Of a stretch of 64,000 nt of DNA, positions 1 through 10,507 are shown one piece after another. The DNA lies in the NCBI GenBank assembly GCA_965222155.1, contig CBDCTH010000012.1, forward strand, positions 3,136,001 through 3,200,000, in the 5' to 3' direction. The notes under the pieces are model-generated. The model was not told the DNA's origin and searched no databases. It saw only the letters and a program-made list of their open reading frames with translations. A program made the position numbers and the translations under genes. The DNA is from Gammaproteobacteria bacterium. GTDB taxonomy: Bacteria > Pseudomonadota > Gammaproteobacteria > Eutrophobiales > Eutrophobiaceae. How positions within the stretch are numbered: the first letter of the stretch is position 1; each line of letters begins with the position of its first letter.

Positions 1-526
1 GGTCCGAGCCCTGCGGGATTACGGGGTAACTGCGCCGCTGGACGTGCACCTGATGATCGAGCCGGTGGACCGGATCATCCCGGACTTTGCCGCGGCCGGC
101 GCCGACATCATCACGTTTCACCCGGAGGCGAGTCGGCACGTTGACCGGACCCTGCAACTGATAACGGATAATGGTTGCCGCTGCGGCCTGGTGTTCAATC
201 CGGCAACACCGCTGGACCATCTCCACTACGTCGTCGACAGGATTGATATGGTATTGATCATGTCCGTCAATCCCGGCTTCGGCGGACAGAGTTTTATCCC
301 TGCTGCCCTGGAAAAGTTACACGCGGCGAGACAGATCATTGACGCATCCGGCAGGGATATCCGGCTGGAGATTGACGGCGGTGTAAAAGTGGAGAATATC
401 GGCGAAATCGCCGCGGCCGGCGCCGATACGTTTGTGGCCGGGTCGGCGATCTTCGGGAACGGTGATTATGCCGGAGTCATCGAAGCGATGAGAAAAGCAT
501 TAAAACAGGTTGTCCGGGAAGGTTGA
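1..526 (+). CDS. rpe: Ribulose-phosphate 3-epimerase (5' end outside window)
   Basis: [24 protein letters not shown] and EIDGGV motifs; frame open to window start. Confidence 0.96.
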   Translation, partial: VRALRDYGVTAPLDVHLMIEPVDRIIPDFAAAGADIITFHPEASRHVDRTLQLITDNGCRCGLVFNPATPLDHLHYVVDRIDMVLIMSVNPGFGGQSFIPAALEKLHAARQIIDASGRDIRLEIDGGVKVENIGEIAAAGADTFVAGSAIFGNGDYAGVIEAMRKALKQVVREG

Positions 527-562
527 TACCCGGGATGACTTATTGGCGTATTGGGTAAACCC

Positions 563-1150
563 ATGTTATTGATGATCGATAATTACGATTCCTTTACCTA
601 CAACCTGGTTCAGTACTTCGGCGAACTGGACCAGGAGGTAAGCGTTTACCGGAATGATCAGATCACCCTGGAGCAGATCTACAGGCTTGAACCGGCACAT
701 ATCGTGATCTCGCCCGGACCCTGTACTCCGAGCGAAGCGGGTATATCGGTTGACGTAATTCATGAGTTCGTGGATAAAATTCCCATATTAGGGGTGTGTC
801 TGGGACACCAGAGTATCGGCCAGGCTCTGGGGGGGCGCATTGTCCACGCCAACCGTATCATGCACGGCAAGACTTCCGATATTTATCATGAAGATTCGGA
901 CGTCTTTACCGGTCTGGAAAGCCCATTTGTCGCAACCCGTTACCATTCCCTGGTGATTGAGCAGAAATCACTGCCAGACTGTCTGGAAATAACGGCCTGG
1001 ACCAGGACCGAAACCGGTGAGATTGATGAAATCATGGGGGTAAGGCATAAGGATTATCCCGTTTTCGGCGTACAATTCCATCCGGAGTCGATATTAACCA
1101 CTTTCGGTCATGACCTGCTCAGGAACTTCCTTCACATTAATTCCTATTGA
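563..1150 (+). CDS. trpG: Anthranilate synthase component II (glutamine amidotransferase)
   Basis: [33 protein letters not shown]; upstream of trpD. Confidence 0.92.
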   Translation: MLLMIDNYDSFTYNLVQYFGELDQEVSVYRNDQITLEQIYRLEPAHIVISPGPCTPSEAGISVDVIHEFVDKIPILGVCLGHQSIGQALGGRIVHANRIMHGKTSDIYHEDSDVFTGLESPFVATRYHSLVIEQKSLPDCLEITAWTRTETGEIDEIMGVRHKDYPVFGVQFHPESILTTFGHDLLRNFLHINSY

Positions 1151-2172
1151 TGAATGTCCAGTCTGCACTGAATGAAGTCATCAACGGTGGTGACTTGCCC
1201 AATGATGTCATGCGCGCCGTGATGCACGATATGATGTCGGGAAATATGACCGACGCGCAAATCGGCGGGTTCCTGGTAGCATTGCGGATAAAAGGCGAGA
1301 CCATCGAGGAAATCAGCGCGGCGGCTGCGGTCATGCGCGAATTTGCCGTTAGAGTAGACGTTGACGGCCCTCACCTGGTAGACGTAGTCGGCACGGGAGG
1401 GGATGGCGCGCATACCTTCAATATTTCCACCACGGCATCTTTTGTTGTCGCAGCCGCAGGGGGTAAAGTCGCTAAACACAATAATCGTTCCATTTCCGGC
1501 CTCTCCGGCAGCGCCGACGTGCTGGAACAGGCGGGCGTCAAACTGGGCCTGAAGCCGGAGCATGTGGCTGCGTGTATCAACCGGGTAGGTATAGGCTATA
1601 TGTTTGCTCCTGCCCACCATCCGGCAACGAGATATGCAGCAGGCCCGCGCCGGGAACTGGCTACCAGGAGCATATTCAACCTGCTGGGGCCGTTGACGAA
1701 CCCGGCGTACGTCAAACGCCAGTTGATCGGCGTCTACCAGCAGGACCTGCTGGATGTGTTTGCCCGGGTCATGCAACGGCTCGGCAGCGAACACTGCATG
1801 GTTGTGCGCTCGCAAGACGGCCTTGATGAAATAAGCAACTCGGCCGCAACTGATGTGGTCGAACTCAAGGACGAGCGGATCACTAAGTATCAGATCACGC
1901 CGCAACAATTCGGTTTCAAGCCCGGGGAGCTGTCCGAGTTGGTAATCGACAGCGCCGGACAAAGCTTCGACATCATGTTGGCGGTGCTCGAAAACAAACC
2001 GGGGCCGGCACTGGATATCGTCTTGCTTAATGCCGGCGCTACCCTATACGTAGCCGGACTGGCGCCGGATATGGAACAGGGGGTAGAACTTGCCAGACAC
2101 GCTATCGCCAGCGGCGAAGCAAAGAACAAATTGCAGGAGCTGGCTGCGCTGACAACCCGGTTGGCCGGCTGA
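1147..2172 (+). CDS. trpD: Anthranilate phosphoribosyltransferase
   Basis: [29 protein letters not shown] motifs. Confidence 0.97.
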   Translation: MMNVQSALNEVINGGDLPNDVMRAVMHDMMSGNMTDAQIGGFLVALRIKGETIEEISAAAAVMREFAVRVDVDGPHLVDVVGTGGDGAHTFNISTTASFVVAAAGGKVAKHNNRSISGLSGSADVLEQAGVKLGLKPEHVAACINRVGIGYMFAPAHHPATRYAAGPRRELATRSIFNLLGPLTNPAYVKRQLIGVYQQDLLDVFARVMQRLGSEHCMVVRSQDGLDEISNSAATDVVELKDERITKYQITPQQFGFKPGELSELVIDSAGQSFDIMLAVLENKPGPALDIVLLNAGATLYVAGLAPDMEQGVELARHAIASGEAKNKLQELAALTTRLAG

Positions 2173-2192
2173 TTACTTATTGCTTTATAACA

Positions 2193-2305
2193 AGGGATAT
2201 TATAGTGAATACGGCTGGCATCCTGGCAACATTCTTCGGGGACAGATTTTAAATCTGTCCCCTCTCAGGGATATTTATTGTGAATACGACTGACATCCTG
2301 GCAAC
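2193..2305. repeat. ~38-bp direct duplication of the trpC RBS/start flanking a GGGGACAG palindrome
   Basis: agggatattatagtgaatacggctggcatcctggcaac (2193-2230) vs agggatatttattgtgaatacgactgacatcctggcaac (2267-2305); ggggacagattttaaatctgtcccc at 2238-2262. Confidence 0.85.
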
Positions 2306-3074
2306 CATACTGGAATACAAACGGGAATGGGTTGCTGCAAGAAAAGCAGTCGCGCCCCTGGCGCAACTGGAACAACAAGTCAGGGATGCCGCTCCATCAC
2401 CGGGGTTTTATCGGTCTGTCCGTAGCGCCATAGATAACGGCCGGCCCGCAGTCATTGCTGAAATCAAAAAGGCATCGCCCAGTAAGGGCATCATCCGCCG
2501 GGATTTTGATCCTGCCGGAATCGCTGAAGCGTATACGAGCGCCGGGGCTGTCTGCCTCTCCGTGTTGACCGATGAGAAATTTTTTCAGGGTTCCGACCGG
2601 CACCTGGAGCAGGTTAAGGCCGTGACCCGCCTGCCGCTGTTGCGCAAGGATTTCATCATCGATCCTTACCAGGTTTACGAGGCAAAAGCCATCGGCGCAG
2701 ATTGCATACTGTTGATAGTGGCGGCTCTGGATGACGTCCGCATGCAGGAGCTGGCCGCGACGGCTGCTGAAATCGGGCTCGATGTGCTGGTAGAAGTGCA
2801 CAATCGCGAAGAACTGGAACGCGGACTGCTGTTGCGTACTCCCTTGATAGGGATAAACAACCGTAATCTGCATACCTTTGAAACATCCCTGCAGACGACA
2901 TTGGGTCTGTTGCCGGACATTTTCCCGGACCGGACTGTTGTGACGGAAAGCGGCATACACAACCGCGCGGATATTGCACTCATGCGCAACCACGACGTGC
3001 ATGCTTTTCTGATAGGTGAAGCGTTACTGAGGGCTGACGCTCCCGGCGCAGAACTGCGTGCGCTAATCAGTTGA
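2280..3074 (+). CDS. trpC: Indole-3-glycerol phosphate synthase
   Basis: [35 protein letters not shown] motifs. Confidence 0.97.
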   Translation: MNTTDILATILEYKREWVAARKAVAPLAQLEQQVRDAAPSPGFYRSVRSAIDNGRPAVIAEIKKASPSKGIIRRDFDPAGIAEAYTSAGAVCLSVLTDEKFFQGSDRHLEQVKAVTRLPLLRKDFIIDPYQVYEAKAIGADCILLIVAALDDVRMQELAATAAEIGLDVLVEVHNREELERGLLLRTPLIGINNRNLHTFETSLQTTLGLLPDIFPDRTVVTESGIHNRADIALMRNHDVHAFLIGEALLRADAPGAELRALIS

Positions 3075-3077
3075 GAG

Positions 3078-3470
3078 TCATTTATCCAGACCGAACAAGT
3101 CATCCAGTTCCTGCCGGGTCTGATCTGCCGGCGCATCTGCCCCGGCTGACCTGGCCGATGTGTCCAGACCGAACAAGGCATTCAGGTCTGATGCGGCCAC
3201 ATCGGCTTCCGAATGATCAGCAGGTTTCCATGCCTGCGGATTTAATTCAAGGTAATCACAAAAATTCGGTCTGTCCTTGTCTTTGACCTCGTCAGCGACA
3301 GGTTCACGGCATTGCTTTGCGACCCGGGGCTCATAGAACAGGCACATAAGACAAACGTGCAGTGCGGCATCACAGGCCTTGCAATGGGCGCTCCTGGACA
3401 AAGGCATGAGCAGGTAGTCCAGGCCGGCGCCGCATTTCCAGCATTTCAGGTCTTTCGGCTTGTTCTGCAT
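3078..3470 (-). CDS. Cys-rich hypothetical protein (putative zinc ribbon)
   Basis: CWKC, CKAC, CLMC and two further Cys; acidic C-terminal tail. Confidence 0.75.
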   Translation of the reverse strand: MQNKPKDLKCWKCGAGLDYLLMPLSRSAHCKACDAALHVCLMCLFYEPRVAKQCREPVADEVKDKDRPNFCDYLELNPQAWKPADHSEADVAASDLNALFGLDTSARSAGADAPADQTRQELDDLFGLDK

Positions 3471-3526
3471 GTTCCTGTCAGGTCTGGCAAGGGCATTGAA
3501 AAATCTTCAGATCACCCATTCAGGCA

Positions 3527-4276
3527 TCAATTGAAGAATAGCAGTTTGATGATGATCAGCGCCAGCACGGTATTCAACACCAGCTTGATGATCCGCTCGC
3601 CCTGGGATACCTGGACCTGTGCGCTCAACCATGCCCCGATGGACGTACCGACAGCCAGACAGAGGCCCATAATCCAGAAAATTTCCACCTGCCAGGCAAA
3701 AACGATCAGGGCGGCCGTGGTATAGAACGTGATGATAAAGGACTTGTGCATATTCGCCCTGACCATGTCCAGTCCGAGTGTTTTATTCAGGATCGGCATG
3801 AACAGGAAACCGACTCCGACCTGGATGAAGCCGCCGTAAATTCCCAGGATTGCCATTAGTATATGGGCAAGCGCCAGGCGCGGTTTCTGCGGCGGCGCCC
3901 GGGTATAAGTCCCGGCCTGTTTTTGTGTCGCCATGACCAGCATCACGGCCAGCATGATGACTGCCAGGATACGGTTAAACCAGACGCCTTCGAGACTGGT
4001 CCCGAGATAAGCGCCGGCAATCGCACCGGGCAGTGCAGCCAGTGACAAGGTCAGGCTGAGTTTGAAATCGGAATACCCGTTCTTAAAAAATGCGATGACC
4101 GCCGTGGCCATCTGCGCCAGTATCGCAATGCGGTTGGTGCCGTTTGCTACCGGCGCCGGCACACCCATGAACAACATGATTGGAATAGTTAACAACGACC
4201 CGCCGCCGGCCATGACGTTGACAAAGCCGACAACGATCCCGACGAGCAACAGGATGATGTATTGCCATATCTCCAC
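3527..4276 (-). CDS. TauE/SafE (TSUP) family membrane transporter
   Basis: GFVNVMAGGGSLLTIP, ANGTNR, GIYGGFIQVGVG; hydrophobic throughout. Confidence 0.9.
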   Translation of the reverse strand: MEIWQYIILLLVGIVVGFVNVMAGGGSLLTIPIMLFMGVPAPVANGTNRIAILAQMATAVIAFFKNGYSDFKLSLTLSLAALPGAIAGAYLGTSLEGVWFNRILAVIMLAVMLVMATQKQAGTYTRAPPQKPRLALAHILMAILGIYGGFIQVGVGFLFMPILNKTLGLDMVRANMHKSFIITFYTTAALIVFAWQVEIFWIMGLCLAVGTSIGAWLSAQVQVSQGERIIKLVLNTVLALIIIKLLFFN

Positions 4277-4407
4277 TTATTTCAGCTCCCGATGATTTTG
4301 CCGACAGAAGGTTTTGGGGTCTGTTGTGGAGTGACTAACGCCAGAGCCTGTGCAGTTGTAAGCAGGGGGACGAGCGCGGGACGGGCCAGGGCCTGCCCCG
4401 GCAGCCG

Positions 4408-5043
4408 TCATTCCCCATAGGTTTTGAATTTATCCAGGTTGACGTTCATTTCTGCCTCATCCAGCAGCACGGGTGGTCCGTACATGCGGCTGAACAGGTA
4501 TTGTCTGGCCAGTTCCTCTACGAGTTGCGCCATTTTGAAGGCGGCGTCCACGTCCTTGCCCAGCGCAATCACCCCGTGATTAGCGAGCAGGCAGGCCTGG
4601 CGGCCCGCTAATGCCGCCAGGGCGTGGTCGGATAATTCCTGGGTACCGTAAGTAGCGTACTCGGCGCAGCGAATGGAAGAACCGCCTACACCGGCGACCA
4701 TGTAGTGAAACGCGGGCAGGTCCTGGCGGGTACAGGCCAACGCGGTGGCGCAGGGTGAATGGGTATGGACAATGGCATCTATATCCGTCCGTTGTGCATA
4801 GATATCCTGATGAAAGCGCCATTCACTCGATGGTTTCAGATCACCCACAGCCCGGTTGCCGTGCAAGTCCATGCTGACGATATGCGCAGGCGTTAACAAC
4901 TCATAACCCACCCCGGTAGGCGTAATCAGGTAGCCTTGATCAGTCCTGGCGCTGAGGTTGCCGGCCGTGCCTGTGCCGAGCTGATTTTTTTGCAAAGACC
5001 GGGCAGCGGCTATCAGGGCTTCGCGTAAACTTGAATGATCCAT
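4408..5043 (-). CDS. Class II aldolase/adducin family protein (FucA-like)
   Basis: GNLSAR, TPTG, PSSEWRFH, HTHS, LLANHG. Confidence 0.9.
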   Translation of the reverse strand: MDHSSLREALIAAARSLQKNQLGTGTAGNLSARTDQGYLITPTGVGYELLTPAHIVSMDLHGNRAVGDLKPSSEWRFHQDIYAQRTDIDAIVHTHSPCATALACTRQDLPAFHYMVAGVGGSSIRCAEYATYGTQELSDHALAALAGRQACLLANHGVIALGKDVDAAFKMAQLVEELARQYLFSRMYGPPVLLDEAEMNVNLDKFKTYGE

Positions 5044-5125
5044 GAGCGAATAATATATTATCCTGGTCAAAGTTTCCCTTTAACTCATTAATCGAAACCG
5101 CGTATGATAGGACGGTGGTGATGAC

Positions 5126-5902
5126 GTGAATAACATGATTCGGCAGTTCAGCGCATTTCTCCTGTGTTTTTGTCTGGCCGCCAGTGCATGTCCTGACGAC
5201 TTGTTACAGCCCTTTTCCGCGCACCGGGTGGTTGACCTGACCCATGCCTTGCACAAGGATATGCCGTTCTGGCCGGGAACCGCGCCGTTCGTGATCGAGC
5301 GGCTGGCTGATTATGACAAGGGCTATCGTATGCACCGGTTTTCGCTCTGGGAAAATATCGGGACCCACGTTGATGCGCCTGCGCATTTTATCGAAGGAAA
5401 ACAATCCGTTAATGAACTGGACCTGAATGACCTGGTCGCACCCGTTGTAGTCATCAAGGTACAGGACAAGGTCGCACGGGAGCCTGACTATCAATTATCC
5501 GTTGAGGACATACTATTGTGGGAGCAACGGAACGGCCGTATTCAACCTGGCAGCCTGGTAGTCATGAACACGGGATGGTATAAAAAGTTTCATGAACCGC
5601 AAGCCTATGTCAACCAGGATGAGGCAGGCGTGCTGCATTTCCCCGGGTTTTCCGTTGCCACCGCGCGGTTACTTGTGGAACGGGACGTTGCCGGGATAGG
5701 CATCGATACCCTGAGCCTGGACCCGGGTAACGATTTAAGCTTTCCCGTGCACAAGATCATGCTGGGGGCAGGTAAATACCAGGTCGAAAACATGAATAAC
5801 CTGGATGCCTTGCCCGTTAAGGGCGCGGTTGCCGTTATCGGCGTGCTGCCGGTAACAGACGCTTCCCAGGCGCAGGCGAGAATATTTGCGTTTATGGAAT
5901 GA
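5126..5902 (+). CDS. Cyclase family (KynB-like) metal hydrolase with signal peptide
   Basis: GTHVDAPAHF, GIDTLSLD, ENM motifs; hydrophobic N-terminus. Confidence 0.88.
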   Translation: MNNMIRQFSAFLLCFCLAASACPDDLLQPFSAHRVVDLTHALHKDMPFWPGTAPFVIERLADYDKGYRMHRFSLWENIGTHVDAPAHFIEGKQSVNELDLNDLVAPVVVIKVQDKVAREPDYQLSVEDILLWEQRNGRIQPGSLVVMNTGWYKKFHEPQAYVNQDEAGVLHFPGFSVATARLLVERDVAGIGIDTLSLDPGNDLSFPVHKIMLGAGKYQVENMNNLDALPVKGAVAVIGVLPVTDASQAQARIFAFME

Positions 5903-5903
5903 G

Positions 5904-6824
5904 ATGGCGCCTCAATTACAAAAGCGCAAACAGGGAACGGCTACAAGCGCATTCGGAACACCTGGAAGAATCAGCCATGATTCCTCAAAATTTTACAGTG
6001 CCAGGCTTTATGAAGGATTGGATAGCGGGGGAAAAGTAAACTATGTTGAGAATAGTATTCCTCAGGGGTATTTGAACAGAATCTTCTGTAAATCAAGTGA
6101 GGTGATGGACGAACTGCCTGATAACAGCGTTCACCTGATGATAACATCTCCACCATATAACGTTTCAAAAGAGTACGATGAGGATTTAAGTCTTGATGAG
6201 TATCTGGCATTGCTCAATGCCGTTTGGCAGGAGACCTATCGGGTACTGGTTCCCGGCGGTCGGGCCTGTGTTAACGTGGCGAATCTTGGACGCAAGCCGT
6301 ATATCCCGTTACACAGTTATATCATTGAAGGAATGCAGAACATCGGTTTTCTGATGCGCGGGGAAATTCTCTGGAATAAGGGTTCCAGTGCCAGTCCGTC
6401 CACTGCCTGGGGCAGTTGGAAGTCCGCAGCAAACCCGGTGTTGAGAGATGTTCACGAGTACATCCTAGTCTTTTCCAAGGATTCATTTTCAAGAAAAAAG
6501 GGAGATAAAGAAAATACAATCGAGAAGGAGGGGTTTCTCGAATGGACCAAGAGCGTTTGGGACTTCCCGGCGGTATCGGCAAAAAAAATCGGCCATCCGG
6601 CGCCGTTCCCGGAAGAATTACCGCACCGGTTGATTCAGTTATACTCGTTCAAGGATGATGTAATTCTTGACCCGTTTGCCGGCAGCGGGACTGTATGCCT
6701 GTCTGCTTTAAAGGATAAAAGGAATTACGTGGCCTATGACATCGATCCGGCATATATCAAACTGGCTGAAACAAGAATTTCCGCTTACAGGGACCAGTTT
6801 GATCTCTTTGCTGGTAGAAAATAA
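5904..6824 (+). CDS. Beta-class amino (N4/N6) DNA methyltransferase, no adjacent nuclease
   Basis: TSPPY (motif IV) precedes DPFAGSGT (motif I); HPAPFP. Confidence 0.92.
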   Translation: MAPQLQKRKQGTATSAFGTPGRISHDSSKFYSARLYEGLDSGGKVNYVENSIPQGYLNRIFCKSSEVMDELPDNSVHLMITSPPYNVSKEYDEDLSLDEYLALLNAVWQETYRVLVPGGRACVNVANLGRKPYIPLHSYIIEGMQNIGFLMRGEILWNKGSSASPSTAWGSWKSAANPVLRDVHEYILVFSKDSFSRKKGDKENTIEKEGFLEWTKSVWDFPAVSAKKIGHPAPFPEELPHRLIQLYSFKDDVILDPFAGSGTVCLSALKDKRNYVAYDIDPAYIKLAETRISAYRDQFDLFAGRK

Positions 6825-6880
6825 TAAGGAACTATTTTCACAAGTGTCCAGGTTCAGAAGCATGCGAAACTGTTCATTGT

Positions 6881-7171
6881 CTAGCCGGCTTTTTTAAGCG
6901 GCAGGATTTTTTCGTGAGTTTGCATCGAATGCCACAGATCCCGGTTTTTCTGCAGGTTTAACCAGAAATCTGCCCCGGTATTTAATGCTTCACCGAATGC
7001 CAGCGCAGAATCGGCAGAAACGCCTCTTTTGCCGTTAATGATCTCATTGAGCCGTGCATAGGTCCAGCCAAGGTGAACCGCAAATTCCTTCTGGCTGACA
7101 CCAAGAGGTTTCAAAAACTCTTCCAGGAGCATTTCTCCGGGATGTGTCGGAGGTCTGTTTTTGGGCAGCAT
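6881..7171 (-). CDS. higA: HigA family antitoxin (HTH-XRE)
   Basis: PPTHPGEMLLEEFLKP, NEIINGKRGVS, FWLNLQ. Confidence 0.92.
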   Translation of the reverse strand: MLPKNRPPTHPGEMLLEEFLKPLGVSQKEFAVHLGWTYARLNEIINGKRGVSADSALAFGEALNTGADFWLNLQKNRDLWHSMQTHEKILPLKKAG

Positions 7172-7188
7172 TTTTTATCTCAAAATAG

Positions 7189-7227
7189 CTATTTGTGGTA
7201 GTCGGTTATTCCGATGGCATTTTCGGT
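7189..7227 (-). pseudogene. 3' remnant of a HigB-type toxin gene
   Basis: Minus strand reads TENAIGITDYHK-stop just before higA; I-x-DYH is the usual HigB C-terminus; no intact ORF. Confidence 0.55.
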
Positions 7228-7427
7228 GTAACTCGACCGGTATCTTGCGGGAATAACGACTATCTACTCCATCATAGATATCTTTTGTTATCCTGTCCCT
7301 TATATTCCTTATCATTGATTGAACATATCGAATATCGATATATAAGTCAAATAAATATTAATGTCGCATAATCTGGTTAGTAGGGTAATCTTAACGCATC
7401 ATAAGCGTGTCAAGATTCAGTTCGGTT

Positions 7428-8474
7428 TTATGCGTGTCGCGCCAGGGCCCAGTCCACATGTTCGCGCACCAGGGCGGAGGGATGGTCCTTGCGTGTGTTC
7501 AGGGCATTGATGACCGGGGTTGATGTGGGGGCATTGCCCAGGGCGACGGCAAGATTCCTTAACCAGCATTCGTAACCGATGCGCCTGATGGCGCTGCCTT
7601 CCGTTTTTTTATCAAATTCGGTTTCACTCCAGAGAAAGCATTCGACTAATGTCACCGTATCCAGCTGGTGGCGCGGCAGGTAGTCCGGCTCAGTAGAGTA
7701 TTGTGCGAAGCTGTTCCAGGGGCACACCAGTTGACAGTCATCACAACCGTAGATACGGTTGCCGATACTGGTGCGGAATTCCTCGGGAATAACGCCGCGG
7801 TATTCAATAGTCAGGTAGGATATGCAGCGCCGGGCATCGACCTGATAGGGCGCGACTATGGCCCGGGTCGGGCAGATGTCGATACAGGCCTGACAGGTAC
7901 CGCAGTGTTCCCCGGCAAACTTTGTATCTGTAGGCAGGGGCAGGTCGGTGTATATTTCTCCGATGAAAAACCATGAACCGGCATCGGGATGCAGCAGGTT
8001 ACTGTGCTTCCCGATCCAGCCGAGCCCGGCGTTACGCGCCAGCGCCTTTTCCAATACCGGCGCCGTGTCGCTGAAGACCCGATAGCCGAAGGGACCAATC
8101 GCCGCTTCAACCCGGCGCGCCAGCTTTTTCAACCGGGAACGCATTACCTTGTGGTAATCCCGGCCCAGCGCATAGCGGGATATGTAGGCCAGTTCCTGGT
8201 TGTCCAGCACTGACTGGGCAGGTTTGGCCCGGGGGGGCAAATAATCCATTCGCGCCGAAATGACCCGTAGGGTACCCGGTCGCAGCCGGGCAGGCCGTGA
8301 ACGTTTATCGCCGTGGCGCTCCATGTAGGTCATCTCCCCGTGCATTCCCCGGTCGAGCCAGTCAAGCAGGTGGTGTTCGTCTTCTGTGAGGTCGATGCCA
8401 GTGATGCCGACCTGTTGGAAGCCGATTTCAATCCCCCAGGTCTTTATCTCGGTTGCAAGGGTTTCAGGTTCCAT
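7428..8474 (-). CDS. queG: Epoxyqueuosine reductase
   Basis: ISRYALGRDYH, CGTCQACIDICPT, RCISYLTIE, GCDDCQLVCPWN. Confidence 0.97.
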   Translation of the reverse strand: MEPETLATEIKTWGIEIGFQQVGITGIDLTEDEHHLLDWLDRGMHGEMTYMERHGDKRSRPARLRPGTLRVISARMDYLPPRAKPAQSVLDNQELAYISRYALGRDYHKVMRSRLKKLARRVEAAIGPFGYRVFSDTAPVLEKALARNAGLGWIGKHSNLLHPDAGSWFFIGEIYTDLPLPTDTKFAGEHCGTCQACIDICPTRAIVAPYQVDARRCISYLTIEYRGVIPEEFRTSIGNRIYGCDDCQLVCPWNSFAQYSTEPDYLPRHQLDTVTLVECFLWSETEFDKKTEGSAIRRIGYECWLRNLAVALGNAPTSTPVINALNTRKDHPSALVREHVDWALARHA

Positions 8475-8543
8475 TAGTGGTCCCGACGCGGTAACGGATT
8501 GTGTCGCGGCAGAAAGAGTTTTTCATCGTTAAGGATACAATAG

Positions 8544-8749
8544 CAGGGCAAACGCATACTTTTGAATTCAGATGTTTTTGCCCGATTCTGTCATTCTGGC
8601 GCAGGCCGGAATCCAGTGAATAACCCTTCATTACCCTGAGCCTGCGCTGTTGTTTGACTGGATGCTGGCATTCGCCAGCATGACGGGCGGTGTTTTCCGG
8701 TTGGTTTCCTGTCTTCTGCAACAGAATCCAAAAGTATGCGGTTGCCCTG
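8544..8749. mobile_element. 206-bp MITE (ISAs1-like ends), copy 1, with internal REP-like doublet
   Basis: TIR cagggcaaacgcatacttttgaattc / gaatccaaaagtatgcggttgccctg; 10-bp TSD gatacaatag at 8534-8543 and 8750-8759. Confidence 0.92.
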
Positions 8750-8899
8750 GATACAATAGGAAAAACTGTCATACCCGGCTGGTTTATTACCTTGTTTGAC
8801 GTTATCATGTGAGTGTGGCCAGGGCAACAGGATACACGGGATTACCGGTGTCTGTCTGCTGAGCGGCTGTATGCGGTTGCCCGCGACAGAGGTAAACAC

Positions 8900-9973
8900 A
8901 TGTTCGATTTTTTTTCCAAGTGGTACCGGCGCTATTTTACCGACCCCCAGGCTGCCGTGCTGGTTATTTTTCTGGCAGCCGGCTTTGTCATCCTCTATTT
9001 CATGGGTGGCATGCTGGCGCCGTTGCTTGCAGCAGTCGTGATTGCCTATATGCTTGAAGGGCCGATAGTGAAACTGACCGCCAGGCAGGTGCCCAGGATA
9101 ACGGCCGTTTCATTGATATTCCTGTTGTTTCTCATGCTGATGGGTTTCGTCATAATCGGTCTGTTGCCGATTCTGTCCGGGCAGGCAAGCCAGTTTTTTC
9201 AGGAATTCCCCGGGATGTTGAGCCGCGGCCAGGAACTGTTGCTGCGCCTGCCGGAGCAATATCCCGATATTATTTCTGCCGAACTGGTTAACGAGATAGG
9301 TCTCGCCTTACGCCGCGGAGCCAGTGATTTCGGACAAGAACTCGTGTCCGTCTCCATGGCGTCGATACCTGCGATTATCACGGTCCTTGTCTACGTAATC
9401 CTGGTGCCGTTGATGATCTTTTTTTTGTTGAAGGACAAGGATGTGGTCCTGGATTGGCTGAGCCGTTTCCTGCCGAGTGACCGCACCCTGGTCAGACACC
9501 TGTGGCAGGAAATGGACGCGCAGATCGGCAATTACATCCGTGGCAAGGTATATGAAATTGTCATCGTAGGCACGACGACGTATATTGTTTTCACGCTGTT
9601 CGGGTTGAATTATGCCTCCCTGCTCTCTATCACGGTGGGTTTGTCCGTATTGATCCCTTATATTGGCGCCGCCGTGGTGACGGTGCCCATTGCGCTGGTG
9701 GCTTATTTCCAGTGGGGTTTCGAGTCGGTGTTTGTCTGGTTGATCGCCGCTTATTTCATTATCCAGTTTCTGGACGGCAACGTCCTGGTGCCGGTCCTGT
9801 TTTCAGACGTTGTCAACCTGCATCCGGTAGCAATTATCATTGCCATACTGGTGTTTGGCGGGCTATGGGGGTTTTGGGGCGTATTTTTCGCCATTCCGTT
9901 GGCTACCCTGGTCAAGGCGTTGATCAACGTCTGGCCCACCAAGGAAGAGCAACTGTCGGAAACAGGCGCATAG
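8900..9973 (+). CDS. AI-2E family transporter (PerM-like)
   Basis: YIRGK, LIPYIGA, IQFLDGNVLVP, LHPVAII, GVFFAIPLA. Confidence 0.92.
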   Translation: MFDFFSKWYRRYFTDPQAAVLVIFLAAGFVILYFMGGMLAPLLAAVVIAYMLEGPIVKLTARQVPRITAVSLIFLLFLMLMGFVIIGLLPILSGQASQFFQEFPGMLSRGQELLLRLPEQYPDIISAELVNEIGLALRRGASDFGQELVSVSMASIPAIITVLVYVILVPLMIFFLLKDKDVVLDWLSRFLPSDRTLVRHLWQEMDAQIGNYIRGKVYEIVIVGTTTYIVFTLFGLNYASLLSITVGLSVLIPYIGAAVVTVPIALVAYFQWGFESVFVWLIAAYFIIQFLDGNVLVPVLFSDVVNLHPVAIIIAILVFGGLWGFWGVFFAIPLATLVKALINVWPTKEEQLSETGA

Positions 9974-10010
9974 CGCCATTCCACCAACAGGGAAAGCGGC
10001 TTCTGTTTAT

Positions 10011-10478
10011 TCAGAGGGCTTTAACCGCTTCAAGTACGTCGTTCACGTGCCCTTTTACCTTGACCTTGCGCCACTCATTACGGAGTTTACCCGTTTCATC
10101 TATCAGGAACGTGCTGCGTTCTATTCCCATCACTTTCCTGCCGTACATGTTTTTTTCCTTGATGACATCAAACAGCGTGCAAAGCTGTTCGGCCTCGTCA
10201 GATAACAAGTCAAACGGGAATGCCTGGTTGGATTTGAATTTTTCATGGGATTTTACACTGTCCCTGGAAACACCGAGGATGACCGTTTTGCGCGAGGTGA
10301 ACTCTTCGATATTATCCCGAAAATCCTGTCCCTCCAGGGTGCAACCGGGAGTGCTGTCTTTAGGGTAGAAGTATATGATTACGTTATTTCCCTTAAGATC
10401 AGATAATTTGATGGTTTTGTCGCCGGTAGCCGCAAGCTCAAAGTCCGACACCGTGTCGCCTAAGTTTATTGTACTCAT
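10011..10478 (-). CDS. bcp: Peroxiredoxin Bcp
   Basis: YFYPKDSTPGCT, GIERSTFLID; next to gcvR/dapA. Confidence 0.93.
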   Translation of the reverse strand: MSTINLGDTVSDFELAATGDKTIKLSDLKGNNVIIYFYPKDSTPGCTLEGQDFRDNIEEFTSRKTVILGVSRDSVKSHEKFKSNQAFPFDLLSDEAEQLCTLFDVIKEKNMYGRKVMGIERSTFLIDETGKLRNEWRKVKVKGHVNDVLEAVKAL

Positions 10479-10507
10479 GTTGTGTTATCCCAGGTTGATA
10501 GTTATTC

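Noticed and set aside
1144-1962. Long antisense ORFs over trpD (also over sufT, cysE, valS)
   Set aside because: Shadow frames of GC-rich genes with no recognisable motifs.
8464-8899. ORFs 8464-8808, 8591-8899 and their twins at 21429-21792 as a duplicated gene
   Set aside because: They are translations of the 206-bp MITE; similarity stops at the TIRs.
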